DNA of 64,000 nucleotides from Rhizodiscina lignyota (Eukaryota): NCBI GenBank assembly GCA_010015805.1, contig ML978130.1, positions 558,001 to 622,000 of the forward strand, read 5' to 3'. Shown piece by piece: positions 25,888 to 37,478 of this stretch (position 1 is its first letter; each line of letters starts with the position of its first letter). The notes under the pieces were generated by a model. It saw only the letters and a program-made list of their open reading frames with translations, ran no database searches and was not told where the DNA came from. The position numbers and the translations under genes were made by a program.

Positions 25888-27673
25888 ATGGGATCTGCAC
25901 GCCTTGTTGTTCTTCTGACAATCCTCGTCTCAATCGCCCTGGGATCTCCTACCGGTCCATGGAGTCCTGACTGGAATCATGGTGGAAGCTATGGAGGCCA
26001 CGGCGGAAAGTCATTTAACCATGGAGAGGGTGTGATTGTAGACTTGGGCTACGCAACCTACAGAGGCGTGGGCCTGGCTGCTGGCGCCAATCAGTTTCTT
26101 GGTATGCGTTTTGCTGCTCCACCCCTCGGAAATTTGAGATGGAGGGCACCTCAAGACCCAAAGAAAGAAGAAGGCGTCCAAGATGCTTCAGCGGTAAGTG
26201 CCCAGCTGAGCGTAAACAACAAGGTCAAGATCCTAACAAAATGTAGTTCGGCCCCATCTGTGTAGGAACAGACCAGCAAGTAAACGTCAATCAGACGGAG
26301 GATTGCCTCTACATTAACGTCTTTGCGCCTTCGAACGCAGGGCCTGGCTCGAAACTTCCTGTCTGGTTTTATATCCAAGGCGGCGGATACGCAAACAATT
26401 CAAATGCCAATTATAATGGCACGGACGTTATTGTGAAGTCCAACCACAACGTCGTGGTGGTCAATTTTAACTACCGCGTTGGAGCCCTAGGCTTTCTGGC
26501 TAGCGAGAAGGTCAAGCAAAATGGAGACCTCAATGTCGGTTTGCTTGACGAGCGTAAAGCCATGCACTGGGTGCAGAAGTACATACATCTGGTACGCATG
26601 TCGATGCCCACATGTGTAGAGTGATGACTGATGTTTTATGTTAGTTTGGCGGCGATAAGGAACATGTTGTGATCCACGGACCATCTGCTGGTGGTGGTTC
26701 CATAGCTTTCCAGCTCGCTGCATACGGTGGACGCGACGAGAAACTGTTTGTTGGAGCAATTGCGGAGTCGCCATTTTTCCCCACTCATCGAACAGTGCCA
26801 GAGTTGGAATTCCAATACATACGGTTCTTGAAGGACATTGGATGTGATAAAGCCAGCGATCCGCTGGCCTGCGCCCGTTCCACAGATATTAATACCATCC
26901 AGAAGGCGAATGTGTTGCAGGACCATCCGTTCCCTGGTGCCTCTGGTGACTCGCTTTGGTACTTCTTGCCATGTGTCGATGGCACTTTCTCCCAAGATTT
27001 CTTGTACTCGCAATTCGAGAAAGGCCAATTCGTCCGTGTTCCTACCATGGTGGCAGGCGATACAAATGAAGGAGATACGTTTGTCCCGAATGCGTCCAGT
27101 GCAGCGGAGGTGGCGGCTTTCTTCAAGGACAATTTTCCGAAACTAAACAGCAAAGAGCTGGATGAGATCAATAAGCTTTATCCTCGGGAGGCACGCCCAC
27201 TGCACAACGCCTACTTCGCTTCAGCGTCAGACGCGTATGGTGATTCCGTTTTCACCTGCGGTGGCCTCGTAATCTCCGATGCTGTTTCTAAGTATGTCTC
27301 GCCGAACGAGATCTGGACTTACAGATACAACGTAGTAGATCCGGCAAATGCAGCGCAAGGACTTGGGGTAACGCATACATCCGAAACTCCCGCAATCTTC
27401 GGTGTTGGCTTTGCTGGTGGAGTCGGAAGCGCACTTGCTACCACAAACGCCGCTGTCGTTCCCATTGTCATGGACTATTATCTCAGTTTCGTGCAGACTT
27501 TGAATCCGAACAAGCTAAAAAGCTCGACTGCGCCGACCTGGGAAGCTTATGGCGCTAGTGGAAAGGAACGTCTGAGGATCGAAGTCACTGGATCCGAAAT
27601 GGAACATATCCCAGGGATTCAGCAAAAGCGCTGTGCGTTTTGGGATAAGGTTAGTCCTACTATGGAGCAGTGA
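25888..27673 (+). CDS. Secreted carboxylesterase type B / lipase
   Basis: VDLGYATYRG, FLGMRFAAPPLGNLRW, EDCLYINVFAP, IQGGGY, NYRVGALGFL, nucleophile elbow HGPSAGGGS, GDTNEG, GVTHTSE; two introns. Confidence 0.92.
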
Positions 27674-28181
27674 GACGGCGGTCGTCGGCCGCCCGCTGTC
27701 CGTTGCGCACATACTCCGATAGTAATAGTGGACGCAATGCGCACAAGCGTGTTGTATATAATGAATGGCTTGTCTGAAAATTCAAAATTATGAAAGATTA
27801 TACCTTGATCATGTATGAAATTCGTAAGATCTGACTGACTGTTCGGGATGGGGAACGAGCTGTATGTGGTTATTGTGAAAGAGCTTCCTCTCATTTCTTG
27901 CTGGAATGAAGCGTATTGTCCATTTTTGCGTTCCAAACAGCGTCTTCAGTGATACTGGTAGTTAAACAAGCTGCGGGACATGGTATTTGCAATTCCTGGG
28001 CAAAAGTGGGGACATAGGAATATCGGATCCCGCAAGCGGAGCCCTGGTTCCATTCTCTGTTACTTATCTATGTGGTGTGTCAATATCCAAAATCGGGCCG
28101 AGCAGTTCGATTCCTGAAGCTTTCTAGTTAATTTTTCAATTTTCACATTTCTTCCTTAAGTGCTTAATTAATTCCTCCGAT

Positions 28182-29183
28182 ATGAGTGGACTTGGCGGTC
28201 TCAATAAGACGACTGGCGGCATCGTCATCGCCGCTGTACAATCCCAGTTATTTCACGTTGCTACTCCAGAAGATTTATCCAAGGCAACGAAACATGTCTG
28301 CGACTTGGTGCGACAAGCTAAACGCGCAAATCCGGTGACGGATCTCGTTCTCTTTCCGGAATATAGTATCCATGGCCTAACGATGGACATGAATCCGGTT
28401 ATCATGTGCACGATGGATGGTCCTGAGATTGCCGCGTTCAAGCAAGTGTGCAAGGAAGAGAATGTCTGGGGTATATTCAGCATCATGGAGAAGAACAAGC
28501 TTGGAAACCCTTGGAATGTCGGCGTCACAATTAACTCGTCCGGAGAGGTGGTGGATTACTACCGCAAAATGCATCCTTGGATTCCAGTAGAGCCGTGGTA
28601 CCCTGGCAATCAAGGCATCTCTGTATTCACGGGTCCTGGCGGAGTGAAGATGTCTCTCATCATCTGCCACGATGGCATGTTCCCCGAAATGGCACGGGAA
28701 GCAGCGTATCTGGGTGCGGAAGTCATGTTCCGTACTGCGGGATACACACCACCAATCAAGCAGGGCTGGGAGATCACCAACCGATCCAACGCATTTACGA
28801 ATCTGATGTACACCGTCAGTGTTGCTCTCGCGGGCACAGACGGCACGTGGAGAAGTATGGGGCAGGCGATGTTCGTTGATCCTGAGGGCAATGTTCTTGT
28901 GCAAGGAGACAATATTCCAGACCAGATTGTGACTTGTGAGGTCCGAGCCGAGGAGGTTAGGCGGCGAAGGCGGGAGTGGGGTGTTGAGAACAATCTCTTC
29001 CAGCTCGGGCATCGAGGGTATGTCGCAGTTAAAGGTGGTGCTGGCGATTGCCCGTACAAGTATATGAGAGACTTGATGAAGGGACAGTACGCTCAGGCTG
29101 AGGATAAGGAAGTACACGTAAGGGATGGGACAGTATGTGGCTTTCCAAAACCTAAAGATGCTTTCGTGGACGAAATATCATAA
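28182..29183 (+). CDS. Nitrilase-superfamily aliphatic amidase / formamidase (AmiF-like)
   Basis: Intronless 333 aa with the Glu-Lys-Cys triad motifs LFPEYS, YRKMHPW and [14 protein letters not shown], plus [18 protein letters not shown]. Confidence 0.9.
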   Translation: MSGLGGLNKTTGGIVIAAVQSQLFHVATPEDLSKATKHVCDLVRQAKRANPVTDLVLFPEYSIHGLTMDMNPVIMCTMDGPEIAAFKQVCKEENVWGIFSIMEKNKLGNPWNVGVTINSSGEVVDYYRKMHPWIPVEPWYPGNQGISVFTGPGGVKMSLIICHDGMFPEMAREAAYLGAEVMFRTAGYTPPIKQGWEITNRSNAFTNLMYTVSVALAGTDGTWRSMGQAMFVDPEGNVLVQGDNIPDQIVTCEVRAEEVRRRRREWGVENNLFQLGHRGYVAVKGGAGDCPYKYMRDLMKGQYAQAEDKEVHVRDGTVCGFPKPKDAFVDEIS

Positions 29184-29539
29184 ACATGTCGAAGTTTCGC
29201 TTTCTACACGTGCGATGCTCGTGGGTGCCTATATATTCGTCAGTATTTACAGTTAGAATGTATGTCGAATGTACAAATTCGATTATTGTTGCGTGTTTGT
29301 AGATGAGGATCCTCTCGTTTTGTTTGATGGTGATAGATGTTGAGTTTCATACATACCCCTGAGCACGAAGGGTGGAGCGGAGCGGAGGTATTGACGTGGC
29401 TGTGGTGGCTGGTGCCAGGCACGATCCAATGGCCAGGGAGCTCAAATGCAGCCAGCTTGACAGCAACATCGCCCTGCAACTCGTCTCTCAACTCCTCTCT
29501 GGCTGTTGACATCCTCGGACAAATAATTCCTGGTGCAAG

Positions 29540-30370
29540 ATGATGAGCTCCACAAACGGCGAGGATCCGTTCCTCCAAGTTCAGGCGTAAGTTGGACCCA
29601 CAGGCAGGTGTCTTCGTGTCACGAAGCTGATGACGCCTAGGGATGTACTTTCTCTGCTGAACACAACGCGGCCGTTATTCTCTTCCTACCTTCGAATACG
29701 ATCCTCTGCTTCGTCTGCAACATCCCCAGAACTTGTCGATGCGCGCAATGAGCTCGAAACCACACTGCAAGACCTCAATGCTGATTTACGCGACCTTGTT
29801 GAAAGCGTCAAGGCGGTCGAGCATGATCCATATCGATATGGCTTGGAGGTTGAAGAAGTGGAGCGTCGACGGAAGCTGGTAGAAGAAGTCGGAACCGAAG
29901 TGGAGAATATGAGAGAGGAGCTGCTGAAGACGGTCCAAGAAGCGCAGAGCAAGGGTAAAGGCGCTGTGAATGGGGATGTCTTGCCAGACCCAGACTCCTT
30001 TGATGATCAAGATGATTACGCAGCTTTCGAGCAGGAGCGACAAATGGAGTTGATGCATGAGCAGGACGAGGCTCTGGATGGGGTATTCCGTACTGTCGGT
30101 AACCTACGACAGCAGGCAGATGACATGGGACGAGAGCTTGAAGAGCAAGGGGAGATGCTGCACGAAGTCGACACAGTGGCAGATCGCGTTGGAGGGAAAA
30201 TCCAAGATGGTATCAAGCGTGTCGGCTGGGTCATGAAGAGGAATGAGGGTACGTCTGTGATTCTATCGTGGTTGATAAAACTAACAGCTGTAGACTCTCT
30301 GTCCTCTTGTTGCATCGGCTTGCTCATTCTCGTCCTCATAATACTCCTTATTCTTGTTCTAGTGCTATGA
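29540..30370 (+). CDS. TLG1: t-SNARE syntaxin-6/Tlg1
   Basis: MMSSTNGEDPFLQVQA, intron, syntaxin-6 N-domain (DLVESVKAVEHDPYRYGL..EEVERRR), SNARE motif EQDEALDGV...MGRELEEQ, C-terminal TM CCIGLLILVLIILLILVLVL. Confidence 0.92.
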
Positions 30371-30767
30371 AACTGAGCGCCGCATTGTTCCAAGAGTGAG
30401 ATCCTGGCCCCAGAAGCTCGGAACTTTAGAGTATGAGTGGCTGGTATACGACATTCCTCGCGTACGAGCCATTACACCCGACGCCCCGCGAACCTGAGGA
30501 ATGTATACGTACGGGTATACACACCGTCACATGCTAAATATTACAACTGCGGTTGACGTTGGCTGGGAGGATTGCAATGCATCTGCACTATCTACCCCAC
30601 CACTGGAAGCATTAATGCTTGGGAACCGACCTCGAATATCTGCCTGGGCTCTGCCTCTCTATCTATCATTAAGGCTCGTGGACACACTCGAAACTACCAA
30701 TTTCTTGAGGGGACACTCCCCGACTTGGTGTTTGGACTTCCATAATTAACCGCTTGAATCGACTGAG

Positions 30768-31975
30768 ATGGACGGAAGACGACGCTTCAGTGGAAGAGCA
30801 CTCTCCTTTGGATCATTATATCGCGGCCCCTTGCGCACTCTTTCTGCACCCAGGAAAACACCTAAGAGAAGAAGGTCACTTATTACAGTTGTTGTATGCC
30901 TCAATGGACTGATGTGGCTCTCCATCCTCGTCTTAGTCCTCACGATTTATCTCGTTACGAACAGTGCTGGAGATGCTGCAGTCGACTCAATATTTATACT
31001 TCAGTTTGCCTCAGTAAGTGAGATACGCGCTTCCTCGGCAGAGTGCACATTGCTAATCAGATTATGACAGTCCATATTGTCTATTGCCTACGTGGTGCTC
31101 CACTCAGTTATCGCTCGGAGCCGCAACAATAAGCTATTTTCGCAGGCGCAAACAGCAACACAGTCCCACTGGAATCATGCCGCTGTGCGAATATCAGGTG
31201 CTATCTGCATGCTTTGGGCTTTGGCTACTGGATGGGACATCGTCATGGCTTTGCGGCAACCTACCTGTGCCCTCTCCGGTCATGCTGGTTCTTTATGGCG
31301 GTCTCCGAATGCCTGCCTTGCGCATCAGCTTGGAACTTGCATTTCTTCACTTACCTTGTATGTTTCTCATTCATTTCACATCTGTTACGATCCTAACCAA
31401 GTCATAGTTTCGATTCCATTTGCCTTCTAGCCATTCTCACGGAAGTGAGACGCCCTTTTGAAGCGCACCTTTTCGGATATGCAATGGAAGGGCCCAACCT
31501 GTCAAAGTGTTCCGAGAAGCCCATTTACGACTCGTCTTCGTCAATGATTCTGCATGGTAGTGGCGGATGCCAACCCGTTCATCCCGGTCTCCGGTGTACG
31601 ACAACAACGATCTGTATGTTCCATACGACTTCAAATTCGAATGTACGTCTACCGACATCGGCGCCGCCATCTGCCGTCCTCGGACTAGGCATATACGCGC
31701 CACCTCCACCCATGGCGCCTAGACGAGTCAGCATGGTTTCGTCGCTGGTAGTCTCGCCCAGACCATCACCAGTACGGTCTCGCTCGACGGACAGCAACCG
31801 CACATCTTCGATATCATGCTGCTCTTCACTTCCACCGCCACAATTTCGGACCAACCTCATCACCTCAAAAGATCTCGCTACTCCTCCCGTTGCCATTCGA
31901 CGGAATAGCGCGGTGTACAAAGCTGTGCATCTAGCCAAAGACAGAGACTACATAGAAATGTCATCCAATGAATGA
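30768..31975 (+). CDS. Hypothetical multi-pass membrane protein with Ser/Pro-rich C-tail
   Basis: Three consecutive exon-like ORFs separated by GTAAGT..CAG and GTATGT..TAG introns, with about 4 hydrophobic helices. Confidence 0.55.
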
Positions 31976-32937
31976 TCTCTGGGCTGTTATCATTATTTAC
32001 CTTCACAAGTCCATGGCTTTCATAAACTTCTTAATTCCATGCTCAATTTGAGCTTAGATGTGTCCGAATGCATCAATGTGGCTTCCTCTCCATTTCTTTT
32101 GTCAGTGTGAGGAGTTTTCATTCCCGGGCAATTAGTTCATCGAACTTTGCGAGCTCGTCAAACTTATCCGCCAATGCTTGTGCTCGACCTTCAGGTTCCC
32201 TGCGCATAGCTCGATCAAAACCCACAATGCATGAGATTGCGACCTCGGCGAGTTGATGGTGCTCTGTTCGCTGTTGCAGCTCAGCCACGATTCTGCGCTT
32301 CTATGCCTTGAATGCTGCCCGCATTCATTCCTATGCATAGGATGGACCGAGCGACATTCTCCATGCAGGGGTGATGGAGTTTGTATTGAATGGTCTCGAG
32401 GTAATCAAATATCAAAAGAGCGGAGTCAGGGCAGCCTCCGTCGCTTGCTGGGAAATGATTGGGTGCATGGGATGCGGAAGTGTGGACCACTCTCGAGGTT
32501 GTCAACTTCAGCAAACGTGAAACCATCAGCGCCCTTTGGCAATGCGTTGTGGCCCGAGCATGAGCAATATGAGTGGCAAACTTTGTGAATACAAAGTGAA
32601 ACAAGGCGTGAGACGGCTCTATTGCATACAGGCTGGATCAATCTTAAACTCCTCATGTCCTCATTAAGGCCGAAAGAGAGCCACCACTAAACGTCTTCAT
32701 TGTCAGTGTTTGGTCCTTTATGGTTGTTCTTACCATGGAAATACTGGGCAAAGTATGAGAAACAGGACATGATGGGTTCAAAAGTCGTGCAAAGCTCAAA
32801 GATCATGTACGGCGCAGCAACGTGGACGATCTAGACACTGTATCTACATGCAGGGGATTACATTGACCTGGTGCAGTGGAACGCCTAAGCTTCGCTGCAG
32901 CATCTAATTTGTCTGTACGATAAGCAAAACTCATACC

Positions 32938-33857
32938 TCAGGGTCGAAGATCGCCTGCTCGATGCACTTTCGTCCATTCGAAGATCGGCTCGAACTTGCG
33001 ACAGTGTTGCAGGCCATCAAAGATTGGCGTATTCTTCTGGATCGCCTCATTCCAATGAAACGACACAATTGAGACGTCCCCGTGGCATGTCAGAACCTGG
33101 CGAAGATAGTCTGCGCAGTGGTCTGCCAACATTAGCGAGATACATTCAGTACGTATCATAAAGGGTACAAACCCAAGTGAGCGATCGCCTTCCGATCCAA
33201 CGCTGCGTTTCCCTTGCTACTCGCAAACATATTTCGACGAAGGGCGTCGACACAGTGAAGCTGGTGAAACATACCAACAGCAGCAAGGTATGTCCCCGGC
33301 TCCTGGTTCCACTCTACAGTCTGGTTCGGAAGCTGCGCTGCTTGATCACGGTCCAGCTTTATGATGCCAACTGCTTTGAGTCAGCATCACCTTCTACACA
33401 ATGGCTTTCCTCGGAGCCCAGGATCGTACCCTCTGTCAATTCTTCCCACGCTTTTGTGTTCTCCTCAGTGGGCTCGCCTTGGAACTGAGTTCTATCGTTC
33501 GCGAATCCTGTGGAGAAGAGACGATTTTCATATTCAACGAGACTCGCTAATGGAGCTTTGATCAAATCAGTCAATCAACAAACGAAGTATATTTAAGGGA
33601 GCTAAGGACTAACAATATATATCTAAGGTGTCGGTTCGGCTGGTGGATGTTCGCGAGAGCATTGTGGATAATATGAGAAGGACCCACATTCCGACGAGGA
33701 CAGCATGAAGAGACAGAAGAGGCCAATGCCATTTCCTGGATCCCCTGCTGCATTTTGAACACTGTGGCTCTATACGTTCAGACTCTTTACTCTCGATGTC
33801 GTTTGCCGTCTCTCGAAGAGGTGTGTACGTCCATTTTCGATCTTGCTTGGACTCCAT
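32938..33857 (-). CDS. DUF3328/UstYa-family oxidase #1 (4 exons, about 250 aa)
   Basis: Exons 33857-33614, 33555-33430, 33370-33173 and 33122-32938 (753 nt, in frame). N-terminal TM helix, YSPLASLVEYE, FQGEPTEENTKAWEEL, MFHQLHCVDALR, spliced HLDHCADYLRQVLTCHGDVS, HCRKFEPIFEW. Confidence 0.92.
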
Positions 33858-34314
33858 CTTCAATGATGAGCGATAGAAGCATTGACTGGAGAAATTTTGC
33901 ACAGAAATCCGAAGGCCGTCGGTATTCGCTCTCGAAAACGTTTTTGTAAAAAGCCGGAGTCAATCGAATTCTCCGCTTCAAAGCCACCAGCGACATCTAT
34001 CTCAGCAACAGCAATCATGCTGCAGCTCAGAGGACGAAACACCTTCTATATCGAGGATGAAAGTAAGCGCATCACTGGATCGCGATACCACTTTCAATCA
34101 ATCACGCATACGAGGACGTCGATCTCTGTCGCAACGGTTCCGTTAATGTAAGGTGACTTCACTCTGGACATGTTGTGGAATCGCTTTCGGCCCCAATCTC
34201 TATTTCTCGGTAATGTTGCTGTAAATGATTATGATGTAACATTGCTTCAGATGCGGAGTTTGATAAGGTGGCCATATACGTATGAATATAGAAGGGTCGT
34301 GCTTTGACTGTCAT

Positions 34315-34323
34315 GTATATATT
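34315..34323 (+). promoter_or_regulatory. TATA-like element upstream of the small secreted-peptide ORF
   Basis: gtatatattt about 115-120 nt upstream of ATG 34437, within the about 580-bp divergent intergenic region shared with DUF3328 #1. Confidence 0.35.
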
Positions 34324-34436
34324 TCGTCGTTCGAGCCCGTTGCTGCTGTCTTCCATCAAGCACCCTCATCTCAACAGACTTCAAGCACAACATAACTTGC
34401 TCTATTAAATTCGGCTATTCGAATCACTCTTCAATC

Positions 34437-34616
34437 ATGAAGTCCGTTGTCCAGATCTTCTTCGCCGCCCTTCTTGCCGCCGTTGCGGTCCAGGCAGCTC
34501 CGGTCGCCGAGGCTGAATTGAGCGAGGTCCTCAGAGTCAGGAGCGTGGATGGCGTCGAGTGCTTCGTCAAGCGTTCGGACGGCCTGTACGAGCGCCAAGC
34601 CACTTATGGCTGCTAG
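34437..34616 (+). CDS. 59-aa secreted peptide, candidate RiPP / Kex2-processed precursor
   Basis: MKSVVQIFFAALLAAVAVQA-APVAEAELSEVLRVRSVDGVECFVKR-SDGLYERQATYGC-stop. Good caatcATG context, C/G-ending codon bias, classic signal peptide, KR site. Absent from the ORF track, whose shortest entries are 60 aa. Confidence 0.8.
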   Translation: MKSVVQIFFAALLAAVAVQAAPVAEAELSEVLRVRSVDGVECFVKRSDGLYERQATYGC

Positions 34617-35304
34617 ATGGCAGTTATCATGATGCCGTGAGACAAGAGATCCATGACGTTCTGTATCTCCAGTCCACTGACGTTTCTGGGCAGATCCAAT
34701 GTTGCGGAACAGAGGAGAGTTCGGTAGTTAGGATACAGGGAGCTGATATGTAGAGAGATGGTTATGCAAGGTTACGTGAGGAGGTACTTCGTACTCGGCG
34801 GGGCCGTTTCGTTATAGGTGTAGATCCTTACTATACAGAATGAAGCGGGAGGTCCAACGCTGTCATATTGTAACCATTGCTGCATTCCGATTGGACGTTG
34901 ATGAATGCTTGTACGTTAAAGCTCGCTCAAGCTTACTTGGCCTGCGCGATTTCGCACAAGTGCATTGTACGTGCATCTGCCTGCCTGATATGGTAGTGCA
35001 GCTCGTGTCATTGAGGTACAGCCGTCACTAAGCGCGATACCACCATTGTCCTGGAACAGACCAAAGATAGCGGCAAGGTCATCGTATAGAGGTTGGACAA
35101 AATGAAAGCAAGTCTGACTTCGCACCTACCTTAGTTGGTTAACAATACCTACGTCAATGGAGTTGAGGTTGTCGATCCAACGACATCGTTCTCCGACGGC
35201 TAGATACCTCTCTTCGTCGTTTCGCAATCTTCGTTTTAAGGACTCGGCCAAAGTCCTTTAAATTTATTGAACTATGTCGTATATTGTTTGAACAGAAGAA
35301 AAGG

Positions 35305-36030
35305 ATGGTTCAGTTACAGAAATACCAATCCGTCTCGGGCTCCGACAAAGAACTGGAGGATGAGTCTGCAGATGCGGGTTTCGAGGCCGATATTCCTCCC
35401 CGCAAACGACGGCAAAAAATTTGGCGCTACGTTCACTTCATCGTCGATATCGCATTGGTTTTCACTGTTACTGCCTTGATATGGACGGTGTCTTCCTTGA
35501 TGTCTCGTCGATCATCTTGTGGAATAGCTCTTGGCCCGCATCCAGGCATCCCATTTCGCGATGTTACTTTCTTGCCGAATCTGGAATATGCTTCTGCACG
35601 AACATTTGAAAGCGAAAGCCACCTCCAAGAAACATTGCACCAATGGCTAGACCTCACGACGTATGGTCGCGGCATAATCAATGTCGGAGACGGTCGGAAA
35701 TATACGTCAGATCCACCATTGCAATCGTCTAGGACCGACAGCGCGTACATGATATCCGTCTTTCATCAGCTTCACTGTCTATCGCGGCTGTTGCAATCGT
35801 ATGGCGAGCTGTACCTTGGCTTGACACCTTCAGTCGATGCTGAACATGCCGCTCATTGTTTCGATTACTTGAGGCAATCGATCATGTGCGACGCCGATGT
35901 CACTCTTGAAGGCAACAACTCTGCTGGACCGGGCTGGGGCTCGACACATGTCTGCAAAGACTTTGAATCGATTCAACGTTGGGGGAATGAGATGGCGGCA
36001 CCGGTACGGAACGATACAGGCAATCTGTGA
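35305..36030 (+). CDS. DUF3328/UstYa-family oxidase #2 (intronless, 241 aa)
   Basis: N-terminal TM helix, YMISVFHQLHCLSRL, HAAHCFDYLRQSIMCDADVTLEG, GWGSTHVCKDFESIQRW. Confidence 0.93.
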   Translation: MVQLQKYQSVSGSDKELEDESADAGFEADIPPRKRRQKIWRYVHFIVDIALVFTVTALIWTVSSLMSRRSSCGIALGPHPGIPFRDVTFLPNLEYASARTFESESHLQETLHQWLDLTTYGRGIINVGDGRKYTSDPPLQSSRTDSAYMISVFHQLHCLSRLLQSYGELYLGLTPSVDAEHAAHCFDYLRQSIMCDADVTLEGNNSAGPGWGSTHVCKDFESIQRWGNEMAAPVRNDTGNL

Positions 36031-37043
36031 TTATTGAACGAGCGAAGAATGACTCCTTTAGAAGAGCGGGTTTCTGTCGAACATTGAGCAAGATCTTGAT
36101 AGGACATTTAGTCGTCGATTAGGAATCAGCTTGGAGCATCGGACACATCTGCAAGGCCATTGATTGTTCTATCACCCATCCGTCTCTCGATTCACCCCTT
36201 CATGCCGAGAAGAATACATTCAAAGCGATTGCAATTTCTTGATGGGCATACAGCCAATGATGACTTCATAGTTCATCTGCTTGGAGCAAGTTTGCGTAGT
36301 TATTGTGTCTCGGCATTTACACAGTCTCAGCAACAACCGTGGCATTGATTCGTCTTGGGGATCATCGTATTTGTCGAGAATCTTCATGATGTTGAGGTAC
36401 AATAGCAGAAGACAACTCGATTTGATTGCAAGCTATTTGTTTCTGGCTGTTCGTCAATGAGAAGCAGCAAATCATATGGTGTATTGACTCACAATTGAAA
36501 TCTCAACAGATCCTGCGATCGCTAACTCGCTAAGAAACAAGATTTCGATAGAAATCAACAAATGCAAACCATTTCCCGCGCTACCACTCTTTCATCGGCA
36601 TCTTGCTTGTTGCCGTGGACATTTTAAACTGATGCAGTATACAGTTTACTGAGCTTGGAGAGCCTTGTGCTCTAACGAAATCGAGTAGCATAGCTTCTCC
36701 GAGAACCGGACTTTGGTCTTGTCATAGCCATTATTTCCTTTGAAATGTTCCAAATTCGGACTTTACGGAGCTCTCTTCTCCGAATTGGAGATTTCCATTT
36801 GACGATGTTGATGACAGTGCGGGGTTTGAAGCTTGAGTAGCCGCGGCGACATACATTCAGAATGATGAATACTTAGGAAAGTTGAATGAAACGGCAATAA
36901 TCAAATCTCGTGGATTTGTGCAATTTTTCTTCCTGCGGTTTCAATACATTACCTTATCTCCCGTCCAGAGTCACTGTTGAACGCATTGGTCCCACGGCGG
37001 GCAAATCCCAAGCAAGGAAGACTATCACTCATCAAAGTTCAAA

Positions 37044-37478
37044 ATGCCAGAGCTAGAAAGCGTCCTCGTCAAGCATGCCAGCAAGCCAGGAGTGAGCACC
37101 GGCAAAGGCCCGTCGTCTCTCTTTACAGGCGAAGTTTTCATCGACACCGTGCATAACGACAGCGGCGGCTACGGCACCGGCGGCAGTGATTCGACCATTA
37201 TCGTCAACGTCACTTTTGCCCCTGGAGCAAGGACGCATTGGCATACGCACGAGAAAGGTCAACTCCTTAAGGTGTTGGCTGGGTCAGGTTGGGTGTGTGA
37301 CAAAGGCGGCAAACCGAAACGCCTGGAAACTGGCGATGTCTGCTGGTGTCCAGAGGGCATCACCCACTGGCATGGTGCTGATGATGGAAGCCTCATGACG
37401 CACTTTGCATTCGCAAGGGGCTCTGTGCAGTGGCTTGAGCCAGTGTCTGAGCAGGAATATGCGGCGAAGGGCCAGTAG
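37044..37478 (+). CDS. Cupin-2 domain protein
   Basis: FTGEVF, NVTFAPGARTHWHTHEKGQLL, GDVCWCPEGITHWHGA, VQWLEPVS; metal-binding His motifs intact. Confidence 0.88.
   Translation: MPELESVLVKHASKPGVSTGKGPSSLFTGEVFIDTVHNDSGGYGTGGSDSTIIVNVTFAPGARTHWHTHEKGQLLKVLAGSGWVCDKGGKPKRLETGDVCWCPEGITHWHGADDGSLMTHFAFARGSVQWLEPVSEQEYAAKGQ

Noticed and set aside
32040..32660. Fragmentary minus-strand coding-like text next to DUF3328 #1
   Set aside because: Multiple stops and no identifiable family; cannot be tied to the cluster.
34132..34144. Near-palindrome AACGGTTCCGTT (CGG-N2-CCG) in the divergent DUF3328/precursor promoter
   Set aside because: Could be a Zn2Cys6 site, but it is a single occurrence, not seen upstream of DUF3328 #2, and no regulator gene is nearby.
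34559..34753. Track ORF MLRQAFGRPV... overlapping the precursor
   Set aside because: GTG start in a shifted frame; the 34437 ATG frame has the signal peptide and codon bias.
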